Shown: positions 48,761 to 58,812 of the stretch, one piece after another
Numbering within the stretch: position 1 is the stretch's first letter
Layout of the letters: the number at the start of each line of letters is the position of its first letter
Source of the DNA: a virus
Length of the DNA: 64,000 bases
IMG/VR virus record: IMGVR_UViG_3300027798_000020
Span: 32,001 to 96,000 of that record
Reading direction: 5' to 3' (one strand)
The notes under the pieces: generated by a model
Told to the model about the DNA's origin: nothing
Seen by the model: only the letters and a program-made list of their open reading frames with translations
Databases searched by the model: none
Program-made: the position numbers and the translations under genes

Positions 48761-50311
48761 ATGGCAAATATAGTAATATGTGCAGGTATAACATTTTCAA
48801 CTGCTCATATGAGACCAGTTGGAGCTTTTCAATTAGCAAATGTTCTTAGACGAGCAGGATACACAGTTCAAGTAATTGATTGTTGGCCGTGGATTGCCGA
48901 CATGGGGGTGGAGGTAGTTAAAAGAGTATTAGAACACTTTGTAAACGAGGATACCTTGTGGGTTGGATTCAGTTCAACTTGGCTTACTAAAATTAAACAA
49001 CCAAAGTCAACTATTGGTTCAATATACAGTGATCTCGACAAATTAATTGAAAATACATATATCTTTGACCCAGAAGAATTAAACAATCTTAAAAGTCATT
49101 TAAAAACTCGAAGCCCTAATTGTAAATTTGTGCTAGGAGGAGGTAGAGCTACATTAGGAAGAACTGGCAAGGTTCCGCCATTTATTGATTGTTTTATTGA
49201 AGGGTATGCTGACACTACTGTGTTAGAATGGACCAAATATTGCCAAGGTAAAAATCCGTTCTTGCCTGTAACTAAGAACGCAGACGGGTCGATTAGCCTT
49301 ACTCATGATCACAAGGCTAGTAGCTTTGACTACAACAACCATAAATTTAATTGGCATGATAACGATATGGTTGGTCAAGGCGAAGCACTGCCTATGGAAA
49401 TTGCCCGAGGATGCATTTTTAGTTGTGCATTTTGTGCATACCCATTAAATGGTCGAAAGAAATTAGATTATCTTAAAGACCCAATTATTATACGTCAACA
49501 GCTAGAAGAAAACTACGAAAAATTTGGTACTACTCATTATTGGTTTCTAGATGACACCTTTAACGACAGTATAGATAAATTAAAAATTCTTAATCAATCA
49601 GTATTTTCAAAATTACCGTTTAAGGTTAATTTCTCTGCATTTATGCGACTTGATTTAATAAATGCACATCCAGAATCTATTGACTTGTTAAGCGAGATGG
49701 GGTGCGGTGGAATAAGTTTTGGAATCGAATCGTTGAACTATGAATCAGTAAAGGCCATAGGCAAAGGCATATCTAGGGATAAAATTTTTAATACCTTAAC
49801 AAAAATTAAAGAAAAAATGCCCAATGCCATTGTTGACTCTCAGTTTATTTTAGGGTTACCGTACGAAACACGGGAGACTGCCGAGGATTGGCTTAAAGAA
49901 ATTGAACATCCGGATTACCCGTTACATAATATTAAAATTCATACGTTGACTATGAATACCGTGTCAGGATACGAAAATATTTGGTTAAGTCATTTTGAAA
50001 AAAATCCAGAAAAGTACGGTTATACGTTTCCTACAGAAAATAAGACCTATTGGGTCAACAACATGAATTTCAGTAGAAAAGAAGCGTTTGAAATAATAAA
50101 AATGCATCAGAATTTTATCGATACTAAAAACGGACACGGTGGCGAGGGGTGGTTAGGCTATGCAGGAATTAGAAATATGGGGGTTTCTGAGGAAACTGTT
50201 AAAGAACTGTATAGTATGCATAGATTATATAGAATTCCGCGAGTAAATGAGATTAGACGACAGTTTACAAGTACATATATCCAAAATTTGTTAAAATTGG
50301 ATCCACAATAA
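48761..50311 (+). CDS. radical SAM protein with B12-binding-like N-terminal domain
   Basis: G...LA..LR..GY.V.VID...VGFSST...VLGG...EGYAD; EIARGCIFSCAFC; FLDDTFN; FGIES; FILGLPYET. Confidence 0.88.
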   Translation: MANIVICAGITFSTAHMRPVGAFQLANVLRRAGYTVQVIDCWPWIADMGVEVVKRVLEHFVNEDTLWVGFSSTWLTKIKQPKSTIGSIYSDLDKLIENTYIFDPEELNNLKSHLKTRSPNCKFVLGGGRATLGRTGKVPPFIDCFIEGYADTTVLEWTKYCQGKNPFLPVTKNADGSISLTHDHKASSFDYNNHKFNWHDNDMVGQGEALPMEIARGCIFSCAFCAYPLNGRKKLDYLKDPIIIRQQLEENYEKFGTTHYWFLDDTFNDSIDKLKILNQSVFSKLPFKVNFSAFMRLDLINAHPESIDLLSEMGCGGISFGIESLNYESVKAIGKGISRDKIFNTLTKIKEKMPNAIVDSQFILGLPYETRETAEDWLKEIEHPDYPLHNIKIHTLTMNTVSGYENIWLSHFEKNPEKYGYTFPTENKTYWVNNMNFSRKEAFEIIKMHQNFIDTKNGHGGEGWLGYAGIRNMGVSEETVKELYSMHRLYRIPRVNEIRRQFTSTYIQNLLKLDPQ

Positions 50312-50341
50312 ATACTAGTATATTAAGTAGGAGCGAAGTAA

Positions 50342-50905
50342 ATGGCATTAATTGATTCAGTATTAAATTTAGTAAACAAACAACCTAAAGATCCGGACGC
50401 ACCAAAGCCTCCAGTGGGATCAAGATCAGAGCGTGAAGCCAAGCTAAAAGACAAAGCAGGTATGGTTATTTCCGTATTTGCTCTATTACTAGCAGTTAAC
50501 AGTTGGTACGGTGGTAAGTTAAGTTCAACAGTTCTTAACAATACACTAGGTGCTAACAACACATGGGCACAGTATCAAGCCAAAGCAGGTCGTGGCGTTA
50601 GCTACGAGATTGCGGCTAAGACAGCAAGCGATCCAAAAATTAAAGCAGAGTTCATGGCAGAGAAAGAACGCATGGATGATGACAAGAAAGAACTTGCTGT
50701 TAAAGCAAAAGCAATGGAAGCAGAGCGTGAAGTGGCTAAAAAATCTAGTCCTTGGATTGCATATGCTAATACAGCATATCAGTTAGCAATCGTTGTGCTA
50801 TCGGCAAGTATTCTTGCAGTTAGCATGGGCATGTTCTGGGGTAGTTTTGTTGTTGCAGGATTTGGAATATTATTAAGTCTCAACGGCTTATACCTTTGGT
50901 TCTAA
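50342..50905 (+). CDS. membrane protein (DUF4337-like)
   Basis: TM helix, N.WA.YQAK, coiled coil, then Q.AIVVLSASIL TM pair; AATAAATA at 50307. Confidence 0.7.
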   Translation: MALIDSVLNLVNKQPKDPDAPKPPVGSRSEREAKLKDKAGMVISVFALLLAVNSWYGGKLSSTVLNNTLGANNTWAQYQAKAGRGVSYEIAAKTASDPKIKAEFMAEKERMDDDKKELAVKAKAMEAEREVAKKSSPWIAYANTAYQLAIVVLSASILAVSMGMFWGSFVVAGFGILLSLNGLYLWF

Positions 50906-50915
50906 GGAGAACACT

Positions 50916-51032
50916 ATGTTAGATATTTTATTATGGGTAGCAGTAGGAGCATTTGTAGGATGGAATTTTCCTCAGCCTTTCTGGGCTAAAGCAATGCAGG
51001 AAAAAATTCAAACAATGATTGCCAAAAAGTAA
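50916..51032 (+). CDS. small membrane protein (38 aa, not in the track)
   Basis: AAGGAG RBS; MLDILLWVAVGAFVGWNFPQPFWAKAMQEKIQTMIAKK. Confidence 0.7.
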   Translation: MLDILLWVAVGAFVGWNFPQPFWAKAMQEKIQTMIAKK

Positions 51033-51052
51033 TCAACAAATAGGAGCGGGAA

Positions 51053-51592
51053 ATGAGCGAAGAAGTTAAAAGCGAAAGCGAAAAGAAAAAAGAAGATTGG
51101 ATGAATTCAAAATGGCGTCCAATGATGGGTTGGATGTACATGTTGGTCTGTACCATGGACATGGTTATATTTCCAATCTTATGGAGTTTATTACAAACTA
51201 CAACAGGCACACAAATTACACAATGGAATCCACTAACCCTACAAGGTGCTGGTTTATTCCATATTGCAATGGGTGCGGTATTAGGTATTGCGGCGTTTGG
51301 TCGTACACAAGAAAAATTAGGCGGAGCAAATAATGGCGGAGCACAATTACCATCGAGCGGGTTTACAGCACCTAGCGCACCTCAATCAGGATTTGGTGCA
51401 CCGACGGGGGGCTTTGGTTCTACAGCACCAAACAGCTTTGGCGGAGGCGGGTTTGGAAGCGCACCTCCAGCACCGTCAACAAGTTTTACACCAGCACCCA
51501 GTTGGGGTACAACACCAGTTGCGTCAGCAAAACCAATGACTAGTAGCACAGGTAAACCGATGCCTATGCAACCAGATCAACCAGAACTATAA
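51053..51592 (+). CDS. putative holin (GTA 3TM holin-like) with G/P/S-rich tail
   Basis: WRPMMGW...TM...VLGIAAFGRTQEK. Confidence 0.7.
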   Translation: MSEEVKSESEKKKEDWMNSKWRPMMGWMYMLVCTMDMVIFPILWSLLQTTTGTQITQWNPLTLQGAGLFHIAMGAVLGIAAFGRTQEKLGGANNGGAQLPSSGFTAPSAPQSGFGAPTGGFGSTAPNSFGGGGFGSAPPAPSTSFTPAPSWGTTPVASAKPMTSSTGKPMPMQPDQPEL

Positions 51593-51603
51593 AGGAAAAC
51601 AAA

Positions 51604-51834
51604 ATGAAACATTTAATTTTTGTAGCAGGTCTAGCATTAGCTCTAGCATTCCCTGCACAGGCAGCAGAAGAAAAAAAAGCAGAAACTGTAAAAGTATGCG
51701 TTGACATTCAAGGTAAAGATGGCAAACCAGTAATAGATCCAAAAACTAAGAAACCTAAGCAAGATTGCAAAGAAGTTAAGAAACACAAAAAGCACGAAGG
51801 CACAGCAGTTCCGGAAGACAAAAAGAAGAAATAA
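51604..51834 (+). CDS. small secreted Lys-rich protein
   Basis: Sec signal ending AQA; two Cys. Confidence 0.7.
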   Translation: MKHLIFVAGLALALAFPAQAAEEKKAETVKVCVDIQGKDGKPVIDPKTKKPKQDCKEVKKHKKHEGTAVPEDKKKK

Positions 51835-51846
51835 ACCATTCAAACA

Positions 51847-51875
51847 TTGACAGGTTCGGTCTAAGATAGTATAAT
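51847..51875 (+). promoter_or_regulatory. sigma70-like promoter embedded in a long terminator-like hairpin (51852-51901)
   Basis: TTGACA-N17-TATAAT; AGGTTCGGTCTAA...TTAGACTGGACCT followed by ATTTTT. Confidence 0.78.
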
Positions 51876-51907
51876 TACTGTATTAGACTGGACCTATTTT
51901 TACGACT

Positions 51908-52765
51908 ATGACAGACTTATATAAAACTTTAGGAATTGACCCAACTGCTAGTCAGGACGAAATTAAGCAGGCTTATCGAAGCTTGGCTATGAAACATCAT
52001 CCTGACCGAAATGGAGGCAACGATTCTAAATTTAAAGATATTCAAGGTGCGTATGCTACCCTAAGCGATCAACAAAAACGAGCTGAATACGATCAAATGC
52101 GCAATGGCGGAGGTAGTCAATTTAGATTTACTTCTAGTGAGGGGTTTGATCCGTTTGGGGATATGTTTGGAGGGGTTCCTCCGTTTGGGGGACAGCATCC
52201 GTTTGGAGATATATTTGGAAGGCAACGAGTTAGAAAAAATCGCGATTTAAATATACAATGTCAAATATCTCTATTAGATAGCTACGTTGGTAAACAATTG
52301 GAAGCCAGCTACCAATTGCCTAGTGGTCGATTACAAAGTGTTATTATTAATGTACCTCCCGGTATTGAACACGGTGCAACTATTAGATATCAAGGATTAG
52401 GTGATGATAGCCATCCTCAGTTGCAAAGAGGAGATTTAAATGTTACAATACTAGTAATGCAAGATCCCAAGTTTAGGCGTGAAGGGAACGATTTATATAC
52501 CCATTTAGATATAAGTCCAATTGAAGCAATGATTGGTTGTAGAAAATCAGTTGTATCTATAAACGGACAACATATAGCTATAGACGTTAGACCTGGGGTT
52601 GAAACTGGTGTTGAATATGCTGTGTTAGGTCACGGTTTTGCAAACGTTAACAACGCTATGCGTGGGCGATTGGTTGCTGAAATTAGAATTAAAACACCAG
52701 AGATAACAGATCCGGCACTGATTGAAAAATTAAAATTAATCGATCACGAAATTAATCATAGATAA
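51908..52765 (+). CDS. dnaJ: DnaJ-class chaperone lacking the zinc finger (CbpA-like)
   Basis: J domain with HPD, G/F-rich linker, GDL.V...F.R.GNDL C-terminal domain. Confidence 0.92.
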   Translation: MTDLYKTLGIDPTASQDEIKQAYRSLAMKHHPDRNGGNDSKFKDIQGAYATLSDQQKRAEYDQMRNGGGSQFRFTSSEGFDPFGDMFGGVPPFGGQHPFGDIFGRQRVRKNRDLNIQCQISLLDSYVGKQLEASYQLPSGRLQSVIINVPPGIEHGATIRYQGLGDDSHPQLQRGDLNVTILVMQDPKFRREGNDLYTHLDISPIEAMIGCRKSVVSINGQHIAIDVRPGVETGVEYAVLGHGFANVNNAMRGRLVAEIRIKTPEITDPALIEKLKLIDHEINHR

Positions 52766-52774
52766 AGGAAATAT

Positions 52775-55036
52775 ATGGTAGAACCAAGCGACAGTCTCCA
52801 AGCAGTTTTTGAAAAAGCTATCGAAAGTGCAAGACAACAAAGACATGAATATTTAACAATAGAACACTTGTTGTTTGCTATGCTATGCGAAGAGTCATTT
52901 GCTAACTGCCTACAAGGCTACGGAAGTGATCCTGATTATATTAAAAAGAATCTTGAGCACTACCTAAAGAATAAATGTGCAGAAATCACAGTAGAAGATG
53001 TTGTAGTTAAGCCAAAGAAAACTCAATCAGTTGAACGGGTACTTAATCGTGCATTTACTCAGGTGCTGTTTAACGGCAGGCAGCGGATTGAGCCTGCAGA
53101 TGTATTCCTATCAATTATTGGTGAGAAACGCTCTTGGGCATACTTTTATATCCAACAAGCAGGCATCGATAAAGATAAATTTGCAGATTATCTAAACAAC
53201 GTATCTGAATCACCAGAGGAAGAAGAGCTGCCAGACCAAGTTGGAACTAAAGCTCTTAAAGCGTTTACTACCAATCTTAATGATGCAGTTAAGAAGGGAG
53301 CAGTTGATCCGGTAATTGGACGCATTGACGAGCTAGAAAATATTGCTCTAGCATTAGGTCGTCGTAGTAAAAACAACGTTATCCTAGTTGGTGATCCAGG
53401 TGTTGGTAAAACTGCCATTGCAGAAGGCCTTGCTTACAATATTGTCAAAGGTGCAGTTCCGGACTTTCTAAAAGATTATACTGTCTTTAACTTAGATATT
53501 AGTGCAATGCTTGCAGGTAGTAAGTATCGTGGAGATTTTGAAGAGCGTTTTAAAGCAGTGCTTAAAGGTCTTAGTAAGAAAGGTAAGACTGTGTTGTTTA
53601 TCGATGAAGCACATATGATTAGTGGTGCAGGTTCAGCAAGCAACTCAGCAAACGACCTTGCCAATATGATGAAGCCTGCACTAAGCAAAGGCAATATCAA
53701 AGTAGTTGCATCAACTACATGGGAAGAGTATCGCAAGCACTTTGAGAAAGATCGTGCGCTAATGCGAAGATTCCAACGTATTACTGTTGATGAGCCAACT
53801 ACAGAAGTTACCTTACAGATTCTTAAAGGTATTAAAAAATACTATGAGACACATCACAATGTTAAGATTAAAGACGAAGCGTTGCAAATTGCAATTAAGT
53901 TAAGTGTACGATATCAGGCAGATAAGAAATTACCTGATAAAGCAATTGACCTTATTGACTGTGCATGTTCTAGATTTAATTTAAAGCTAGCCGATGAACG
54001 AGTAGTTGGTGCTAAAGAAATTGAATACGAGTTGTCAAAGATGATTCAAATTCCAGAAGAAGTAGTAGCGGAACAGGAAAGTGACGGGCTTGTTACGTTA
54101 CAAACTCGTCTACAGGATGAAGTGTTTGGTCAAGATCTTGCAGTGCAAGAAGTAGTTGATAAGATCGTAGTAGCCAGAGCCGGATTAAAACCTGACAACA
54201 AACCAGTTGGGTCGTTTGTGTTTATGGGACCAACTGGTTGTGGTAAGACTGAAACTGCCAAGTCACTTGCAAAACACTTAGGAGTTAAGTTACTACGATT
54301 TGATATGTCAGAATATCAAGAGAAGCATAGTATCTCTAAGCTGATCGGTAGTCCTCCGGGATATGTCGGATTTGAAGAAAATGCCGGACAACTAATTACA
54401 CAGATTCAAGAAAACCCAAATGCTGTGTTATTATTTGACGAAGTTGAAAAATCACATCCAGATGTAACAACTGTACTCTTACAAATGATGGATAACGGTT
54501 TTATTACTGGATCAAACGGAAAGCAAGCAGACTGTAGGAATTTACTATTAATCCTTACTACAAATGCTGGCGCTCAAAGTGCTGAAAAGAATAACATCGG
54601 TTTTGGTAAGCAAGAAAAAGAATATGCCGATACTGATCTTAAAAAGTTCTTTACGCCAGAGTTCCGTAATCGTTTAGACGGTATTATTACTTTTAACAAA
54701 CTTGAAAAATCTACTATGACTAAGATCGTTACTAAGTTTATCGATGAACTTAAGGAACAGGTCAAAGAAAAGGGCGTTCGTATCAAGATTGATAAAGATG
54801 CAGTTGAGTGGTTGATTGACAAAGGATTTGATAGCAAGATGGGAGCTCGTCCATTACAGCGTGTGATTGACAAAGAGATTAAACGCGACCTTGCTAAAAT
54901 GATGTTGTTTGGAGATTTAAAACTTGGCGGATGGTTAACTATTACTATAGCAGACGACAAGTTATTCCTATCATCTAGAGGTAAGACTCCAAAAATTCCG
55001 TTGATATCAACGACTGTTTTAGAAAATGCTGACTAA
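52775..55036 (+). CDS. clpA: ATP-dependent Clp protease ATPase subunit
   Basis: RHEYLTIEHLL N-domain; two AAA+ modules (GDPGVGKT, GPTGCGKTE); no ClpB M-domain; IGF ClpP-docking loop; GARPL.R. Confidence 0.93.
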   Translation: MVEPSDSLQAVFEKAIESARQQRHEYLTIEHLLFAMLCEESFANCLQGYGSDPDYIKKNLEHYLKNKCAEITVEDVVVKPKKTQSVERVLNRAFTQVLFNGRQRIEPADVFLSIIGEKRSWAYFYIQQAGIDKDKFADYLNNVSESPEEEELPDQVGTKALKAFTTNLNDAVKKGAVDPVIGRIDELENIALALGRRSKNNVILVGDPGVGKTAIAEGLAYNIVKGAVPDFLKDYTVFNLDISAMLAGSKYRGDFEERFKAVLKGLSKKGKTVLFIDEAHMISGAGSASNSANDLANMMKPALSKGNIKVVASTTWEEYRKHFEKDRALMRRFQRITVDEPTTEVTLQILKGIKKYYETHHNVKIKDEALQIAIKLSVRYQADKKLPDKAIDLIDCACSRFNLKLADERVVGAKEIEYELSKMIQIPEEVVAEQESDGLVTLQTRLQDEVFGQDLAVQEVVDKIVVARAGLKPDNKPVGSFVFMGPTGCGKTETAKSLAKHLGVKLLRFDMSEYQEKHSISKLIGSPPGYVGFEENAGQLITQIQENPNAVLLFDEVEKSHPDVTTVLLQMMDNGFITGSNGKQADCRNLLLILTTNAGAQSAEKNNIGFGKQEKEYADTDLKKFFTPEFRNRLDGIITFNKLEKSTMTKIVTKFIDELKEQVKEKGVRIKIDKDAVEWLIDKGFDSKMGARPLQRVIDKEIKRDLAKMMLFGDLKLGGWLTITIADDKLFLSSRGKTPKIPLISTTVLENAD

Positions 55037-55640
55037 AGAAACTAGACGTCTATTTCAAGGACAATACCAGTACAAGGCAGTACTGGTATGTCCGGCGGCG
55101 GGCTGGTTTAGAGGTAGAAATGTCAGTGAAGCGTTAGATAAGATAAAAGAAAACGGTATTGGTGCTCATAAAAATCCGTTTAATAAAGTTAAAACCCCAG
55201 AAGATTTTGACTATTGCATGAAACTGGCCAAGACTATTTTAAAAATGTCAAATTTTAATATTAGAGTTGAAAGCCCGTTTATAAGTTTCTATACAAACAA
55301 TCGTCAAGATATTGATCTATTAACTAAATTAGATACCGAAAGAGTGAAATATATTAGTATTCCTTCTGGTACTGTTGAAATGAATACTATTATAATGCCT
55401 AAAATTGACTTTGATTTTAGAGTTACCTTAGGAAAAAGTAATAAACCACAAGATAGCTTTGTAGAGTGGGCCGATGCTAACAGTAAGATTAAACTAACTA
55501 AAGGCTGTAAGAGTCAGTTGCTTAGATCAGTAAGCTGGGGCGGGAGCTATTTTTACGTTAAAGGCGAAAAACAGCTACTAATGGCTAAAATGATGCTGGG
55601 TGGCAGCATTAACAAAGTAGAAACTATTGTTAAAAAATAG
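55026..55640 (+). CDS. hypothetical protein
   Basis: 204-aa ORF overlapping the end of clpA. Confidence 0.75.
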   Translation: MLTKETRRLFQGQYQYKAVLVCPAAGWFRGRNVSEALDKIKENGIGAHKNPFNKVKTPEDFDYCMKLAKTILKMSNFNIRVESPFISFYTNNRQDIDLLTKLDTERVKYISIPSGTVEMNTIIMPKIDFDFRVTLGKSNKPQDSFVEWADANSKIKLTKGCKSQLLRSVSWGGSYFYVKGEKQLLMAKMMLGGSINKVETIVKK

Positions 55641-55663
55641 TTTGGTCGTAGATTTTATCCTAA

Positions 55664-55671
55664 GATAAATA
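55664..55671 (+). promoter_or_regulatory. late-promoter-like GATAAATA heading the putative internal-protein cluster
   Basis: Recurring motif in an intergenic gap. Confidence 0.6.
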
Positions 55672-55710
55672 CACTAAGACATTGTCTTTGTGCAATTACG
55701 GGCTTATAAC

Positions 55711-56064
55711 ATGCGAATTAACGAACTAGTAGAAAATATTGATTTAGATCTACACTTTAATAATAAAAAACAGGAAGATACAGGCTTTGACATAGCTGAA
55801 GATCTGTTGTTTTATATGCAAAACAACGACGATGTGTATCGTCGGCATGTTTATCCCCAGGTAATCAAGCATAAAGCCGCTATGAAAACTGGCAAGGCTA
55901 ACCGTAGCCTATTCAGCAATGCTACTCTCGAAGCTTACAAAGCATATTCAGCAGAGTTTCCAATTAAAAAACTACCATCTAAATTACCTAAAGATGTTCA
56001 AGAAAAAGTTTGCTTAGAACTTTATAAGAAGTGTACTGAAGAATTTAGTACCGGTAAAAAATAA
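55711..56064 (+). CDS. hypothetical protein, putative internal head protein
   Basis: ATG at 55711 gives an MRINELVE leader. Confidence 0.7.
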   Translation: MRINELVENIDLDLHFNNKKQEDTGFDIAEDLLFYMQNNDDVYRRHVYPQVIKHKAAMKTGKANRSLFSNATLEAYKAYSAEFPIKKLPSKLPKDVQEKVCLELYKKCTEEFSTGKK

Positions 56065-57296
56065 TGCTACTTAGAGAACTATTTGCTTTTACAGAAGCTA
56101 AAAAACAAACTGCTATCGATGACGATAGCATGGATCGATACGGACGTCCGTTTAATCATCCAGAGCATTTTGTTTTTTTTAAGGGACAGCGTGGCACACT
56201 AGAGCAATTAAATAATTTTAAAGAAATTATTGAAGAAAAACCAGGTAAGACATCACTAAGGCGTAAGTGGGATGGTAATCCTCAAGTTTATTGGGGTAGA
56301 GAAGTTAAAAACGGCCCGTTAATCTTAGTAGGTCATAACCAATGGTCTCGAGGTGTTAAAGCAGAAAGTCCTAAAGAGATTGTTGACTTTATTGTTAATC
56401 AAAGTGGCACAGCCAAGACTGCTGATGAAGTTGCTAAACGTAATCAGTTTGCACAGAACTTTGCCAACCTTTATCCTTTATTTGATGCGGCAACACCTAA
56501 AGACTTTGTAGGATTTGTTTATGCCGATGCACTATACGGTGTTGACCCATTACTAAACAAGAGTCTTGATGACGGTGGTGCAGACTACCCCAAGGGGATT
56601 TATACTTTCTGTCCTAATCCAAGATCCAATACTTGCTATCATGTAGATGCAGGCAGTGAATTAGGTAACAGGATTGCACAAGCCAAGGTAATGGTAGTAG
56701 GGCACGGTTATTTCTCAACGTTTGGTATGAATGATGCCTCTCAAGAACCACTTGATGATTTTGATATGTTTAATCAAAGTCCAGGATTAATCGTTCAAGG
56801 TCCTATCTATACAGAAACTGCACCTGAAGTAGATCAATCTGTATTAGAAGAAGTTAACCAAGCTATAGAATATGCAGAACAATACGGTGCAACTATTGAT
56901 AATTTCTTAGGGTCATTACCTGATCCAGATAAGAATGGAATTTTTTACCCATTCTTTAATCAAATGAGCAGAGAACATGCTAAGGGGCAACGAAACTTTT
57001 CTGATCTTGCTGGACACGATTTTACAGAATGGATGAAAAAGAAAGGTGTTAGTGCCGCTAAACAAAAACATATTGTTGATATGGTACAAGAGCACCCCGG
57101 CGGATTAGACGCTATCTTTTTTCTAATTAAAGAAATAAGAGATATTAAAGATGCAATAGATGCATCAGTTAAATCGCAACCTCGTCGAGAGATATGGGAC
57201 ACTAACGGTGAAGGACATGTACGTTATCCACAGAAGCATCATAAATTTGGTGCAGTTAAGTATGTTCCAACTACTTGGGTTCCTGCAGGAAATTAA
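56064..57296 (+). CDS. hypothetical protein with KxDG motif (ligase/nucleotidyltransferase-like, DUF6267-like)
   Basis: HPE...RKWDGNP.VYWG...ADALY...EGHV...K.V; MLLRELFAFTE leader. Confidence 0.55.
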   Translation: MLLRELFAFTEAKKQTAIDDDSMDRYGRPFNHPEHFVFFKGQRGTLEQLNNFKEIIEEKPGKTSLRRKWDGNPQVYWGREVKNGPLILVGHNQWSRGVKAESPKEIVDFIVNQSGTAKTADEVAKRNQFAQNFANLYPLFDAATPKDFVGFVYADALYGVDPLLNKSLDDGGADYPKGIYTFCPNPRSNTCYHVDAGSELGNRIAQAKVMVVGHGYFSTFGMNDASQEPLDDFDMFNQSPGLIVQGPIYTETAPEVDQSVLEEVNQAIEYAEQYGATIDNFLGSLPDPDKNGIFYPFFNQMSREHAKGQRNFSDLAGHDFTEWMKKKGVSAAKQKHIVDMVQEHPGGLDAIFFLIKEIRDIKDAIDASVKSQPRREIWDTNGEGHVRYPQKHHKFGAVKYVPTTWVPAGN

Positions 57297-57298
57297 TC

Positions 57299-58573
57299 AT
57301 GAAATTAAGAGAATTTTTTACAATAGAAGCAAGTTTAGCATTAGGAAAATTTGGTGCTAGGACTGTCGACGATGTTGTAAAAAGCAGTGACGATATTGCA
57401 AAGACAGGAACTACTACACAGTCAGTTGGACAGAAAGTAGGGACAAAAATTGCGGCTGGTACAAAGGTTCAGGCAAAATCAAAAGAAAAAGAAACTGATC
57501 AAGAAGTTGCTATAATATTTGGACGGTTTAATCCACCACACGTTGGCCACAAAGAAGCATGGATCAAAGCATCTGAAAGTCCTGTTTGGTATTTAGGAAC
57601 TAATCAAGCAACTGTCGGTCCAAGCGACCCGTTGCCATATGAAGTTAAAGTTGAATGCATTAAGACAATTTGGTCGGGCACTGAAGGACATATAGTGCCA
57701 GAGCAGACGTGGTGGACATTAGCCACTTACGTTTATAAAAAACACGGCCCAGTGACATTGGTCGTTGTTACAGACGAACAAGATGCAAAAGTGTTTGTAC
57801 CAGGATTGCAGAAATCAAATGGCGTACAAGGGCCGCACGGTTTTTATAACTTTAAAAAAATTGAGTGGAGAAAAGCTGATAGAATTTCCTCAGCTACTGA
57901 TCTTAGGGCCGCAGTACTAGAAGGCAATAGGAAAAAATTCACTCAGGCTGCAGGCGTAAGTAGTGAAACTCCGGTAATGGGTAAACCATTCTTTGATGTT
58001 GTAGCCAAATATCTATTGCCTTACAAAGATCAAATATTAGCTTCAATGGCTAGAAAAGCCGCTAAAGCTGTTAAGAAGAACGAAGATGCAGCCGGTGTAG
58101 GCATTATTACCAAACAAAATACCACAGTAGATGTTGATGCATCTACACCATACAAGAATTTAAAAGCATTTGGTCTAGTAAAAGAAACACTTGACGAAAT
58201 AGAACAAGCCATGATGGCTGAAGCAAAACAAGCTAAAATATCAAAGCGACAAAGTCAGTCGAGTCGAGGTATAAGCATCTACGGTGACGAAGAAAAAGCC
58301 AACAGTGATTATGTAGCATTCAAGTTAGGTCAAGCTATGGCTAGCACTGACGGCAAAACTGTTCCTGACATTGATGCTAAGAGTTGGTATGGAAAAAAGA
58401 AAACTGTGCATCCATATACAGAAGTTGAAAATGAAATGTTTAAAAAGGCCGCTAAGGCAGTGGGTGCTTCTTACACTGATCTAAATAACGGCGATATGGA
58501 AAGTAAAGAGTTAGATAGTACTAATACAGTAAGTCCGATCCCAACACGTAAGACTAACCAATACGGTGTGTAA
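57299..58573 (+). CDS. HxGH cytidyltransferase-like domain fused to additional small modules
   Basis: FGRFNPPHVGH, DPL...K, ISSATDLR; MKLREFFTIE leader. Confidence 0.75.
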   Translation: MKLREFFTIEASLALGKFGARTVDDVVKSSDDIAKTGTTTQSVGQKVGTKIAAGTKVQAKSKEKETDQEVAIIFGRFNPPHVGHKEAWIKASESPVWYLGTNQATVGPSDPLPYEVKVECIKTIWSGTEGHIVPEQTWWTLATYVYKKHGPVTLVVVTDEQDAKVFVPGLQKSNGVQGPHGFYNFKKIEWRKADRISSATDLRAAVLEGNRKKFTQAAGVSSETPVMGKPFFDVVAKYLLPYKDQILASMARKAAKAVKKNEDAAGVGIITKQNTTVDVDASTPYKNLKAFGLVKETLDEIEQAMMAEAKQAKISKRQSQSSRGISIYGDEEKANSDYVAFKLGQAMASTDGKTVPDIDAKSWYGKKKTVHPYTEVENEMFKKAAKAVGASYTDLNNGDMESKELDSTNTVSPIPTRKTNQYGV

Positions 58574-58812
58574 TGAACGAATTAGATCAAATTAAAAAGT
58601 TAGCAGGGATAAACGAGTTTAAAGGATATTTAAACTATAGCCCTGTTGATCCGTTTGGTGGGAGTAATATCAGCCTTACTGGAAACGAAAAAGGCGAACT
58701 AATGAAACAACATAATATCAAACCCGGAACTCCAGAGTGGTTCCAGCTTTGGTTTAGTTTGCCAAAGCTAACTGGAGAGAAACCAGTGGGTGAAGGAATA
58801 AGGACAAAATAA
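58573..58812 (+). CDS. hypothetical protein
   Basis: ELDQIKKLAGI...IKPGTPEWFQLWF. Confidence 0.75.
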   Translation: MNELDQIKKLAGINEFKGYLNYSPVDPFGGSNISLTGNEKGELMKQHNIKPGTPEWFQLWFSLPKLTGEKPVGEGIRTK

